From: Octopus bimaculoides
Lineage: Eukaryota
NCBI RefSeq assembly: GCF_001194135.2
Contig: NC_068992.1
Location: 16,694,369 to 16,758,368 of the forward strand
Direction: 5' to 3'
DNA: 64,000 bases
Made by a program: the position numbers and the translations under genes. Positions 1 to 13,498 of the stretch are shown here, piece after piece. Under the pieces are notes generated by a model that did not search any database, had not been told where the DNA came from, and saw only the letters and a list, made by a program, of their open reading frames with translations. How positions within the stretch are numbered: the stretch's first letter is position 1; the number at the start of each line of letters is the position of its first letter.

Positions 1-2407
1 CACAAAAATTATGTAGATATATGTATATATGAGTGTGTGTGCGCTGTGTTGTATGTGGGGGGTTGTATAGATATACATATATCACGACATAAACGTGGAT
101 GTTGCGTTAGAGCAAGCAATACTGCAGTGGTCAAATTAAGAGAAACTCTCATATTGCTTATGAATGCGAAAATGGCTCTTCTTTATATCGGTAGCGAGGA
201 GATAAATCCTTGCAATTTGCAACTAGTCCAATATATATATATATATATTTGTACACATGTATGTATGTATGTATGTATGTATGTATGTATGTATGTATGC
301 GCTCATGCTAACGNNNNNNNNNNNNNNNNNNNNNATATATATATATGTATGTATGTATGTATATATGTATGCATATAAAGTTTCTTGCATAAGTGTATTG
401 TGCCTTTCCATGTTTCTCTTTGCATACGTTTGGCCTAATATTGAGCCTGTAAGTGGAACATGGGCAAATACTTGAGAAATCTGCTTTGCAATCACGTGAT
501 TTCGGTCAGTATTCAATTGCGTTGCATAACGGCTTTCGTGGGGGTTATTTTCTACATTTTCCGATTTACACATTTATTGTTTGTCTTCGTATTTATCAAT
601 ATGCAGATGACTAAGCACTTGTCTTCAAAAGCAGCATGGAATAAAGTTCATTGGCATTTTAGAGCTATGTGTCAGGATTGTATGTCCAAATTTTTATAAA
701 TGATATTCTCTTGTCATAGCATTGCTGTCCATTCTTGGGAATATAATTCTTCCTCAATTGTCATTTATAGTAGGACCACGTTTGTCTGCTACGAACAATG
801 AACGACTCATGTTAGTTGTAAACGTCAAATGGAATTTTCAAAAGATATATAATGACTCTAACTTTTCAATAATAATTCTTTTAATTTGAATAAATATATC
901 AGAGCATGGCTTCTCTTTCTTCCTGCACAGATTCTGATACTATAGAAGAACTACGATTTATACTGATTTCCAATTTTGTCCCAAGACCAGCAATTTCAGT
1001 GAAGCGGATCAGTTGATGAGATCGATCTCACTGCGCTACTGGTATTTATTTTATCAACCGTGAAATGAAGAAAAGTATAGTCGATCTCGGCTGAATTTGT
1101 TATAAATAGAGATGAAATGCGGCTAAGCATTGTGCCTAGTGTATTAACGAAGCTGACAGTTTGCTACCTGACACTAGGATTAATGTTAGCTTCATTTTGC
1201 ATTAGATTATTCTAATTATTTACTAATGTACTGTAGAAATATATTAAATAAAGAATGATTTAAAACCCGAAGCCAGTTTCAAGGAGAATATGCATCAAAA
1301 TGAGCAGCACAGTGCCAATGTTCGAATTTAATATACATTATAATAAGAAATTGCAGACATGCTAGTGTTCTGGAACGGGCTTGCTATCAAATCATGTTGT
1401 CAGGAATTCAGACAATTTTGCGGCACATTGGGCTAGTGTCATTGTTCTACTATTGCCTCGGGCCCCTCATAGCGTGTATACGGTCGAGATAAACTGAAAA
1501 TAAACTCATCGTCTCTACATACACACGTTGGTATACATATACATATATAAAGATATGTATATGTCTCTGTGTATATATATATATATATATATGTATGTAT
1601 ATATNNNNNNNNNNNNNNNNNNNNNNNNNNNNNNNNNNNNNNNNNNNNNNNNNNNNNNNNNNNNNNNNNNNNNNNNNNNNNNNNNNNNNNNNNNNNNNNN
1701 NNNNNNNNNNNNNNNNNNNNNNNNNNNNNNNNNNNNNNNNNNNNNNNNNNNNNNNNNNNNNNNNNNNNNNNNNNNNNNNNNNNNNNNNNNNNNNNNNNNN
1801 NNNNNNNNNNNNNNNNNNNNNNNNNNNNNNNNNNNNNNNNNNNNNNNNNNNNNNNNNNNNNNNNNNNNNNNNNNNNNNNNNNNNNNNNNNNNNNNNNNNN
1901 NNNNNNNNNNNNNNNNNNNNNNNNNNNNNNNNNNNNNNNNNNNNNNNNNNNNNNNNNNNNNNNNNNNNNNNNNNNNNNNNNNNNNNNNNNNNNNNNNNNN
2001 NNNNNNNNNNNNNNNNNNNNNNNNNNNNNNNNNNNNNNNNNNNNNNNNNNNNNNNNNNNNNNNNNNNNNNNNNNNNNNNNNNNNNNNNNNNNNNNNNNNN
2101 NNNNNNNNNNNNNNNNNNNNNNNNNNNNNNNNNNNNNNNNNNNNNNNNNNNNNNNNNNNNNNNNNNNNNNNNNNNNNNNNNNNNNNNNNNNNNNNNNNNN
2201 NNNNNNNNNNNNNNNNNNNNNNNNNNNNNNNNNNNNNNNNNNNNNNNNNNNNNNNNNNNNNNNNNNNNNNNNNNNNNNNNNNNNNNNNNNNNNNNNNNNN
2301 NNNNNNNNNNNNNNNNNNNNNNNNNNNNNNNNNNNNNNNNNNNNNNNNNNNNNNNNNNNNNNNNNNNNNNNNNNNNNNNNNNNNNNNNNNNNNNNNNNNA
2401 TATATAT

Positions 2408-3630
2408 AATCATCCTAAATTAACCCCTCGGAAGTATCATTACGGCCATTTCTATTAAAATCTACAACCTATCGGCAAACTGGGAGAACTTTAATACAGA
2501 TGTCCCGTTTTATAATTAAGCCCTACATCCCCGACACCAAACGCAAAACCAGATTAGCTAATGTCTCATCTGACATTAATCCAGAATTTATTAGAAGAAT
2601 TTCTTCCGTAGATTATAAACGTATGAAAAAAGCTTTTTGTTAACCATACTAAACTTGATAACGTACTTTTTAGTAATCGTAACAAATATAAGCCCTTTAC
2701 ATATGAACACCCTAATGCAGTAAGACACACTGAATCTAGAAAAAGAGCAATTATTTGGTTTGTTCTGCACCACCTCCCACCCAATTTCTCTCAGTCAAAA
2801 CGTTACCAAGACTTTTCTTTAAGATTCTGGAATTAAATGTTCATAAGCACCACAAATATTACCCTATATATATAACAAGTATTATATAAAATTATTTTAC
2901 TCTATCACGCTTAATTTGGGTTCTATTATTGCATCCATAAATAGAAATAAACTCCTAATTCAAAGGAGTAAAAGCTTATATCATCGTAAGGTACCTAATA
3001 TAAGTCCAAATAATATAAATAAACCAATAAAAGTAATTCTATCTAAATATAAACGCAAACAATCCCAACTAAACTAAGCCAACTCGCCTCAACCTTAAAA
3101 AATCCGTGTAAAATTACAGATAAGAGTGCGAAAACATGTAGCTGTAGAGTCCCTCAATTATGTCCACTCGTTGGATTTCCTTTATGTAAAAGCGTAATTT
3201 ATAAATATAGCGTGGCAAATGACAAGCATCAAGTAAAAGTAAATATAGGAAACACCTTAGATTTTAAGACACGAAATATTATCCATTTCAAATCATTCAA
3301 TAAGCTAAATTACAAAGGCTCAACGGCACTAGCTAGATACATACATGATTTAAAATTACAAAACATCAATTACACATTATATTTGTCTATTATAGATGAG
3401 CCCCATCCACCCACATCCAATACGATTATGGCTAGATGTAGAATGTGCATAAGTGATTCCTACACTATTCTTCGCGTATATAATTCTGCTATATTAAATA
3501 CGTTCTCCGACCCTATTCATTCGTGTAATGACAGATATTACTCTACTTTCTGGGAACAAGTCAAAATAGAAATAAAGTAACTGGCTTAGGAGACTTCTTG
3601 GAGTTTTAAGTTTTTGCATCAATAAACGAA
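2408..3630 (+). mobile_element. Penelope-like retroelement, decayed 3' part (post-RT linker plus GIY-YIG endonuclease)
   Basis: Frameshifted segments SIITAISIKIYNLSANWENFNTDVPFYN, RKRAIIWF..PPNF and NKYYIKLFYSITLNLGSIIASIN. An open frame from 3119 to 3580 reads TCSCRVPQLCPLVGFPLCKSVIYKYSV..KVNIGNTLDFKTR..H..SF...STALARYIHDLK..RCRMC, matching the PLE CxC..CPL / GIY-YIG layout. Confidence 0.85.
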
Positions 3631-6240
3631 TAGTTTATGTTTTCAAAGCATCAACTAAAATATTAACCTCCATAAAACTTTGTAAGAAAAAATAAATGAG
3701 AGTTGTTCTAACGTTTCCTGTCGTACTGAGTATAGATTCTGAATAGCTTTAATATATGTGTGTGTGTGTTTGTGTGTGTAAGTGTGTGTGTGTGTGTGTG
3801 TATGTGTGTGTGTGTGTGTGTCGGTGTGTGTCGGTGTGTGTGTGTGTATGTATGTATTTATATACTTATGTATATAACTTGCAGTCAATGAAACGCAGTC
3901 AAGACACTATTCAGTAAACATTCAAATATATTTTGACCTGAAGACTTTTAACAAATTTGCTCTTAGAACAGACGATATATGTATATATATATATATNNNN
4001 NNNNNNNNNNNNNNNNNNNNNNNNNNNNNNNNNNNNNNNNNNNNNNNNNNNNNNNNNNNNNNNNNNNNNNNNNNNNNNNNNNNNNNNNNNNNNNNNNNNN
4101 NNNNNNNNNNNNNNNNNNNNNNNNNNNNNNNNNNNNNNNNNNNNNNNNNNNNNNNNNNNNNNNGTGTGTGTGGGTGTGTGTGTGTGTGTGTGTGTTTATA
4201 AAGATAAAGTGAGAGAGAGAGAGAGAGAGAGAGAGATAGAAGTGGTGAATGCATCTTCAGTAATTCTTCTTCAAACTCTAAAATATCTAAAGGAGATTTA
4301 GTGATACAGTACCTGCGCTAAGGTTTTAATGCGAATATTTGAATTCATTAATACTACTGAATGAAGTTCCAGGCACGGAATCATATCAGAGGCATTATTA
4401 GATATACTCTGTTCATGTACGCATACACATAACAATATACCTTACATTAATTTCGAGTAACTTGACGTCAATGAATGCAGAAAAGGAAAGTATTCTGATT
4501 AACATCATCAATTGAACTTACCGAAATATAAGTTACTGAAAAATCAAACTCAAAATCTTTGTTTCAATCCATGATTTTTCTTTCTCTGTTTTTGTTTTAC
4601 ATAAAATAGTACATCAAAGACAGATCTCGTAAAAATTCACTTCCCTTACTTAGACGAAATTACATTTTGATTGTGATTATATCCTGTTTAACCTGATTTA
4701 TAAACTTTAAACTTTATATTCGAATTTCATAATCTCGACGGTATATGTCGGTATGTCTGGAATGGAATCAAAGGACTCTAATATATTCTAACTAGATTCA
4801 GTTCAAGCTAGAGATGAATTATTCGCAATAAATTTTCAATCAATATTAAATTTCAAGTTTTGAGTTTTCATCATCCAATTAAGGAATTATGCTGTATAGA
4901 AAAGAAGAGTAATATTCGGGTAGAGATAATTTGGAATTTTACAAGAAGAAATATAAAATATGGCCGCCAGTTGTCTGCATGTTAATATATGAAACTCTAC
5001 CTTTCGTTTTAGGGGACACAATATGGAGTCTAATTATGGATAATCACTGGTGTCTCTCTTGCGATGTTATCTACTCATGACTGATATATATTTGTATCTA
5101 GCCGCGGGTGACAATCAGAAAACAAATGTGCGTTCACGGTATAGCAAATCAGAATTTCTTACAGTGTTAGTGTTGATCCAGACTCAACTACATCTATTAC
5201 ACTTTAATGCAAATACTTATAATCCGTGCAAAAATTGGCGAAAATATTAAGTAATCATATCAGTATGATTACAAATATCAAATTGTAGAGACGGATCTAA
5301 ATATTTTAATGCACTTACCTTTATAGTCTACAGTGGAATCTATCTTCCCCACTATCTATGATTTCTATATGTCAGATAATACTAACTGAAACGATATATA
5401 TTAAATCTATAGTTGAACAGCTCTCTTTGAAATACAAAATCCTATATTCCAATCTACCAAATAATTAATGGTCCGATCCGCAAAGGTGCTCTTGATCTTC
5501 AGCTGAAAGTTAGCCCTGATTCTGAAAATCTAATTCAATCTAATTTGTGGGATGAATCATGAACTTCGATCTACAAATGTATTTTCCAGTTTATGCATTG
5601 TATTTATCAATAGGTAAAGAACTGACGGGCCCGTTGATAGACATTGATGTATTGCGTGCAATAAGTATGGATTTTTAGGCATGCTAGACTCTCACCATGT
5701 TGCTGTGAATGTTTACACGACCGCTGACTTTGGTGATCACAGCTCAGGTAGAAGTGCAGCATACAGTCAGTGTGAGTCATTTCCTTGCATCTGTACTTAG
5801 GATCTGTTTCCTGCAGATATATTATTGCTTTGTTGAGAAGTGTTCATTGCCTGAAAAATATTTTCAAGTTTAATAAAATTTAATATGTATAGAATACATG
5901 AGGTGTCATTGTTGGCCCCAAGCCCCAATGAAGACCCCCTCCACAGGAGCTAACTTAAAAGTATATGCATTCTCTGAAACTAGAATGCATATATGTATGT
6001 ATATGCATATATATATNNNNNNNNNNNNNNNNNNNNNNNNNNNNNNNNNNNNNNNNNNNNNNNNNNNNNNNNNNNNNNNNNNNNNNNNNNNNNNNNNNNN
6101 NNNNNNNNNNNNNNNNNNNNNNNNNNNNNNNNNNNNNNNNNNNNNNNNNNNNNNNNNNNNNNNNNNNNNNNNNNNNNNNNNNNNNNNNNNNNNNNNNNNN
6201 NNNNNNNNNNNNTATATATATATATTTATATGTATATAAG

Positions 6241-6274
<34 letters not shown>

Positions 6275-6282
6275 GATATTTG

Positions 6283-6480
6283 TGTCTGCGTTTGTCCCAC
6301 CACCATCGCTTGACAAACGATGTTGATGTGTTACGTCACCGTAACATAGCGGTTCGACAACGTGACCGATAGAATAAGTACTAGGCTTACAAAGAATAAG
6401 AAATGGGGTCGTTTTGTTCGACTAAAGGCGTTGCTCCAGCATGGCCGCGCTCAAATGACTAAAATATAAGAGAATAAAAG
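6283..6480 (+). mobile_element. Tail of the composite SINE, ending in aagagaataaaag
   Basis: Reverse-complement similarity to 23890-24090 and 47690-47850. Confidence 0.75.
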
Positions 6481-6738
6481 AATATACATATGTGTGAGTA
6501 TATATATAGATATATGTGTGTGTATGTATGTGTGTGTTTGTGTGTGTATGCGTGTGTCCATGTTAGTGCGTGCGTGTGCGCATGTGTGTGTCTTTGCGTG
6601 TGTATTTGATCCCCATTCCTCGCTTGACAACCACTATTGATTTCTATATCAACTATCAGTTGTCACTAATACATAAATACATACACACAAACATGTATAT
6701 GTATATTATATATTTACATACACATACATATATGTATG

Positions 6739-6802
<64 letters not shown>

Positions 6803-8110
6803 TACACACATTCATACATTCATGCATACATACACACATACCTACATCCATACATCCATACATCCATACATGTGTGTGTATATATACATACATACTTAAA
6901 CTTGTGAGATGAACAAATTAGTTAGCTTCCCGAACATGCAATCACATATTAGACTTAATTAATCAGAAATAATAAAAATTCTTTTAAATTTTACTATTGT
7001 AACCCTCGTGTATTTCCAATTAGAATATTTAGTCATTTTAATATCCAATTTTAAACCAATCTTTGACATTTATTACCGAGTTATGTTCTTAATGCATTTA
7101 TTTAATTAATTAGCTAATGTTAAACTATAAATTATTACTCTTACACGAGACAAATATTAACATTGAAACACGTTTTTACTGCATTAATCATCGCACAGCC
7201 TGTGCAAAATATCTATTGATCAAATTTTATAGAAATCTACGTGAATGTAGTTATATAAAGTTGGTATTTATATAAGTTTATTTACTTCCTAAAAAACAAT
7301 TATTAAAATGCCGCCGGGTTCGACGATTAATCTTCCGTTTTCTGTTTGTTTATTTCGTGTGTTTCGATCAACCAAAGTTATATATACATATTTTTTTTAA
7401 ATATTGTATTCACGTACATACATACATATATTTTTCCCAATGCAGCTTCGGCACAGAAACGAACATAGGCATTGGTTGAAGTGATATATGAGTTTGTTAT
7501 TAGTAGAGTTGGATGAGGAGAATCAAGCGTATTTTGGAGCTAAATTCGAAATCATATCAAGTTAACTGATATTGCTTCTTGCAATTTTGCAGAGGTAAGA
7601 CGCAATTCTTATTTCATTTGTTTGTTTTTTTTTCAAACCCGTGAAAGTCTAGTGTTAATTTTTGTGACTTAGGACTATTTTGACTCCAATTTTAGCAAAG
7701 CTGGTGCATAGGAGACCGCCCTTGTGATATATAACCCTTATATACATATATATATATATATATATATACATAATATATATATATATTTTGCCTATACGGT
7801 TTCAGCTTGCGGCCACTAACATTAATATATCTAATGAGATATTAATGTTAATGTTCTTTATATATTTTTAAAAATTATATAATTTTTACTCAGGGACTAG
7901 TAGACGCGACACCGTTCGGTAATCGGTGCGCATTCAAAACAGTGATCAGTAATTTTACGAAACTGGTATGCTTTTAAATCTTTTTAACAATTCACAGTAA
8001 TGACTTTTATTACTGTTATTCCTACCTTAGTTCATCAAATTGTATATATGTATCGTTACTGTTAATAAAAAATCCTTTAATTCTTTTGATTTCCAATGTG
8101 CATTTTCGTT

Positions 8111-8142
<32 letters not shown>

Positions 8143-10131
8143 NNNNNNNNNNNNNNNNNNNNNNNNNNNNNNNNNNNNNNNNNNNNNNNNNNNNNNNNNN
8201 NNNNNNNNNNNNNNNNNNNNNNNNNNNNNNNNNNNNNNNNNNNNNNNNNNNNNNNNNNNNNNNNNNNNNNNNNNNNNNNNNNNNNNNNNNNNNNNNNNNN
8301 NNNNNNNNNNNNNNNNNNNNNNNNNNNNNNNNNNNNNNNNNNNNNNNNNNNNNNNNNNNNNNNNNNNNNNNNNNNNNNNNNNNNNNNNNNNNNNNNNNNN
8401 NNNNNNNNNNNNNNNNNNNNNNNNNNNNNNNNNNNNNNNNNNNNNNNNNNNNNNNNNNNNNNNNNNNNNNNNNNNNNNNNNNNNNNNNNNNNNNNNNNNN
8501 NNNNNNNNNNNNNNNNNNNNNNNNNNNNNNNNNNNNNNNNNNNNNNNNNNNNNNNNNNNNNNNNNNNNNNNNNNNNNNNNNNNNNNNNNNNNNNNNNNNN
8601 NNNNNNAAGTACCAAATGAATTAATATGAAATACTTATTATATAAAGATAGAAAAATTATTTAAAAATATCATAATATCAAAATAATAACCATTCAATAA
8701 TCATCCCTTCATCCATTATAATAACATGTATATTATATACAAAAAAACATCTTACATAAATTATCATTGTTTTAAATTATCATAATATATAGAGTAATTT
8801 GCCATTGTAAAAATTGCATTTTTTTAATATTTCGTGGACGTTCAGAAATCCGATAATCCAATATAATTATAATATCGTTATATGAATTTAATTCGTTGCT
8901 ATTAAGATTAGCTGTATTGTTTTTGTTATATGTAATGTGGCGTGTTTCTTTTTTTTTTCAATTCTGCGTCGTTTTAATCTATTTATGCTGATTTTTATCC
9001 TATGCACATAAACTTCAAATATTTTAAATATTTTCTTATGTTTCAATGTTTGTAAAATATTTTGGAATAATATAAAAATATTATTACAATGTTTGTAATA
9101 ACATCTTTGCGGGTAATTTTTAAAGTGCACGTACAGTACATTTATTCACTCTTTTCATTTTTTAGTTTGATTTCATTTGATTTCTTATGTTTCGCTTTGT
9201 TTGTTTCCCGGACATAACATACATTCATGCATGCACATACGTACACATATTCACACACATCGCACCCACTTTCACACACATACGCACGCACATTCTTTTA
9301 TACTTGTATCACTTAACACTTATCAGCCAGTATGCCGAATATATATTATTATATACATATATGTGCGTGTATATATATCATAGTTTTAAAAATTAACGAA
9401 AGTTAATACACACACGCACATAGAGAGTGAGAGAGCGAGAGAGACGCAGAAGAGTTAGAGACCGTTGTCTGTATGCGTAAATGGACGTGTGTGTGTGTGG
9501 TGGTGGTGGGGGTGGAGGCGCCTATCGAACGACTGGCCGTTACCTTAGCTTTGAATATGTCTTTGAATATAGAAGCCAATGTCTCCCAAAGAGAAATTTC
9601 ATAGACACAGATACCATACAGATGTGATGTCAATTCACACTGCAATGTTGCATGCCAAGAATGATGGATGCAGCCTGACTGTTTTTCTTTTAGTTGTTAC
9701 TTTTTCTTGTCCTAGATTCAGTTCTTGTTTCTTGTGATACATTGTCGGGAAACATTTTTCTCCCTCTTTCTCTTTACTGTCAACATATATGTCAGTTTGT
9801 GCATGTGTAGAAGTGCTTAGGTTCACTATTTTAATACGGCTTTCTGTTGGAGAGACTATGCAAACTTTTTTTCTTCAACATAACATTAATATTGCATGCA
9901 AATCTACTCTATCACTATAGCACTTTCAATTCAGCGATCAATTTTTTGAGAAATTATTTGCATACGGGCATGTAAAAAAAGGTTTACATATTTTACCACA
10001 TAATATATTATTGACAATGCAGATAAAGTGATAAATTATTTGAAACCTTAAACCTGAAACACCAACAACATTTTGTGTGTAGAGTGATTTTGTGGCTATC
10101 GAGTTGTTTTGAGTCATTTCTAGCAATGCTG

Positions 10132-10163
<32 letters not shown>

Positions 10164-10524
10164 GTAAGAGAGAGTGCTTTCGTGTTTCAAAGATTTTGCT
10201 GATAACGAGACGAGTTTATTTTAATAATTTTAAAGCTGCAATTCTTTTTCTAGACATGCATAACAAAGGTAACACCTAATGTTTTGTCTATAATTCTCTT
10301 CAAGCAAAAATATTACTTGACAATCGTTTTCTCGCTAAATTCTGAAGAAGTTTCTTAAAAATAAACTTACGCAAGAATGGTGAAAGATTCTAACAGCTAA
10401 TCTATTTTGCATCTTTAATGTAATTGATTACACTTCATACTAGACCGTTTCTTTAAATGGGTGGGGGGCACTAACCGAAGTGCTTATTAATTCATAGATT
10501 TTCAACTGCGACATTGATCTCAAC

Positions 10525-10532
10525 TAATAATG

Positions 10533-10586
<54 letters not shown>

Positions 10587-10743
10587 GTAATAATAATAAC
10601 AACAACAACAACATCCTACGCAAAACACTTTCAATGCAGTAACCATAAGAGCATCACAGCAAACCACAGCACATACCCAAGTCACACAGAGCTGTGCTCG
10701 GTATTGAAGTGAAAGCACGTTATAAAAATAAAACTACTGAATC

Positions 10744-10795
<52 letters not shown>

Positions 10796-10796
10796 T
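10525..10796 (+). repeat. Two (TAA)n arrays (about 10525-10600 and 10745-10795)
   Basis: Directly visible. Confidence 0.95.
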
Positions 10797-11200
10797 AAGG
10801 AAACTCCAGAAGGAGTCACCGAAAATAAGAATTGCAAAATCCTGTGGGATGCAATGATCGAGTGCGATCACCCGACAAAACATCGGAAACCGGACATTGT
10901 TGTTGTGAATAAAAAAGAAAGAGCACGCAGGATTATCGACATGCCCTGGTGGCAACAGGATCAGTGTGAAAAAAAAATTAAAAATAAACCACTATGACGA
11001 TATGAAGTGGGAAATACGGAGGTTGTGGTCAATGAACAGAGTAGACGTGATACTAATAGTAACTGGTACACTTAGAAGTATCAGCATTCAACTACCAGCA
11101 TTGCTGAAAAAAAAAATCGGTGTAAATGTGAAGGTAGAACATCTAGAAAAACAGAATTGCTTGGAAGTGTGCTCCATTCAAGATGATGAAAACCTTTGAG
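10797..11200 (+). mobile_element. R4/Dong-type non-LTR retrotransposon fragment, restriction-like endonuclease (RLE) domain
   Basis: Translates with frameshifts to KETPEGVTENKNCKILWDAMIECDHPTKHRKPDIVVVNKKER..IIDM...YDDMKWEIRRLW..VDVILIVTGTL, the PD-(D/E)xK motif of R4-clade elements. Confidence 0.85.
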
Positions 11201-11229
11201 TATCGAAAAGTCTATCCAAAGCGAGTACA

Positions 11230-11815
11230 GCGACAGTAGGCGCCGAATTTTAAATAGAAAAGGGCAGCAATATGTTTTGATTTGCGTGTGAAGCCAACGA
11301 AGACACATGACTTTTTCCAAATGGTAGCAGTAGATGAAGCGTGAAAGTATCGTTACGATCCAGAAACAATAGACCAGTCCATTGAATGATACCGTCACAT
11401 CTCCTAGGATTACGTATTTCTAAGCGAGCTATCGGCACAAAATGTCATGATTTTTTTCTGGATTCACATCGGCGTCATTCAGCTTGATTTTCTAGAACGT
11501 AGCTGAAGTGTAAAAAACTAATGGCTGATTCAAGAGCTTCTTAGAGAAGACACCACAAAGAAGAATTGAAACAAGAATCTGAAAAACGTTGACCTTCACC
11601 TTGACAAAATGTAATCACACCCATATTTGGCAACAGCACAGGTAATCGACAAATTAGGCTATTCAGCCTAACCAACAATGCTGTCCTGGTCTGGTGTCCT
11701 CTGCTTCCAGAAAAAGGACAGTCTTCGAAGACTCTAGGGAAAGTTTCATGAGCTCGTTTCAACGAAACTGCAAAGTCATCGTTTGTGATGGAAATTATGT
11801 TAAGCAATTCCTTTG
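11230..11815 (+). mobile_element. Highly decayed mariner transposase fragment
   Basis: VDEA*KYRYDPETIDQSIE* resembles the first catalytic D block (T.DETW..YDPETK.QS.EW). The end, CKVIVCDGNYVKQ, resembles the mariner C-terminus. Confidence 0.6.
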
Positions 11816-11899
11816 AACGAAAGAAGAGTTAGAACAGGCGCAATCTGAAAGACCCATCTACGATAATAAAATGATTATGCTCACCTTTGAATTACTTTC

Positions 11900-13150
11900 T
11901 AGTTAAAGCGTGATTTGCACTGACTTTCAATAATCATTGTTAACTAGTAAAATCTAGTAAAGGTTTTCTGGAAGGCTTTTGGAGAGATGCAGGGACAAAA
12001 ATGCTACTTATTTTGTTCAGCAAGAATTATTACGAAAGCCATCGATATGAAAGTAAGGGGAAATATGATAAGTATAAACGGAAGCTTTGCAGAAAAGGAG
12101 CAAAAATGCTTCTCATCCTAGACTAAATATAGCCCTGTAGGAAGCAGATAGAAAACAACAGGAAATGATATGACATAGACTACATGGAATCTAAAATACT
12201 TACGTTAAATCATGCTTAGAAACATGCGCTTTATCAATCTTGAAAAGAGAATTGTCGACGTGAACTGCATAATGTGCAAAGAAACAGGAAAAGGATAAGG
12301 ATAATCAAACATAGACTTATGGCTACTTAGAAACGAATGAAATAGGCGACACGCACGAGCAGAGGTAGAAAAATTAAGGAGAAATTTCAAAACCTTACAT
12401 GAATATTTAAAATAAATCTACATGTCCAAAGTAAACTAATATGTATCAATGATCTAATTAGTCCATTTCTAAGTCAGATGTATAATATCTTAATTTTAAT
12501 GTGAGGCCAACAAGCATGATTAGACAGGAATATATGTCAGAAAATAATGGAAATAATGTTTGTTGTAAATATACACTTCAACAAGCTGGCATAGAAATAT
12601 TACATTTGCCATGAATGCACCCTGTAAGGAACATTCTGCGACTTCAATATATAAACGATCAACTGTAGGGCTACAAAATATCTCATACGGAATGATAGTA
12701 CACGAAAACATTTAGTAAGAAACATAGATAAAAGAAATAAACACTGCTTTTGTTTCATAAAGGGGATCACAAAAATATAAGGAAGTTTGTAGCGAAAATC
12801 AGAATGATGAGAAATATGATGGTATTTTCAAAAAGGTTAAAATCTAGAACTAAACCGAAAAAATAACTACAGTGTATTGCCCTCATAATCTAAGAAAACT
12901 AAACCCAGTACTGATAAAAACAAAGATAGCACAGTGAAGGTTGTTTTAGTCAAAGCTAAACACGAAGTATTTTTGACTGGGGTAAAAGACAAAGAATATA
13001 TTTACCACAATTGCTGAAAGTATACAAACAGAGAGAATACCGAAAGTAACTACAGGAAAATCTGAGGAGCCCACATCAAATACGAATGCTCGGTTATTTA
13101 TTTATGCATTTTTAAATGGAAATAATTACAGAAGTAAATGGAACGCAAGT
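11900..13150 (+). mobile_element. Purine/A-skewed non-repetitive segment, possibly a very old LINE relic
   Basis: Only a strand compositional skew; no motif identified. Confidence 0.15.
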
Positions 13151-13415
13151 TTCCATACTCTGTACATATTGCTGACATGTGCAAATGCCCACTGCATGCA
13201 ATGGTACATTAGTGTTCCTTGCTTAACAGGGCGCGGGGATAGACAGTGCATGCTAGTTTGTCAATAAAAATCAAGCAAGCATTGGTTTATTTCCCATATT
13301 TAAATGCGACCGGACATTCTTTCATATCTAATAGCTGTATGTGTGTGCGTGTGTGTGTTTCTATGTGTGCTGTGTGTGTGTCCATGCTTTTCTGTGTGCG
13401 TGAGTGCGTGTATAT

Positions 13416-13498
<83 letters not shown>

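Noticed and set aside
7817-7850. 12-bp perfect inverted repeat (taacattaatat / atattaatgtta)
   Set aside because: Almost entirely A/T in a very AT-rich region, so likely chance.
9544-9639. Candidate minus-strand phase-0 exon CELTSHLYGICVYEISLWETLASIFKDIFKAK
   Set aside because: Weak acceptor, no recognisable motif and no partner exons.
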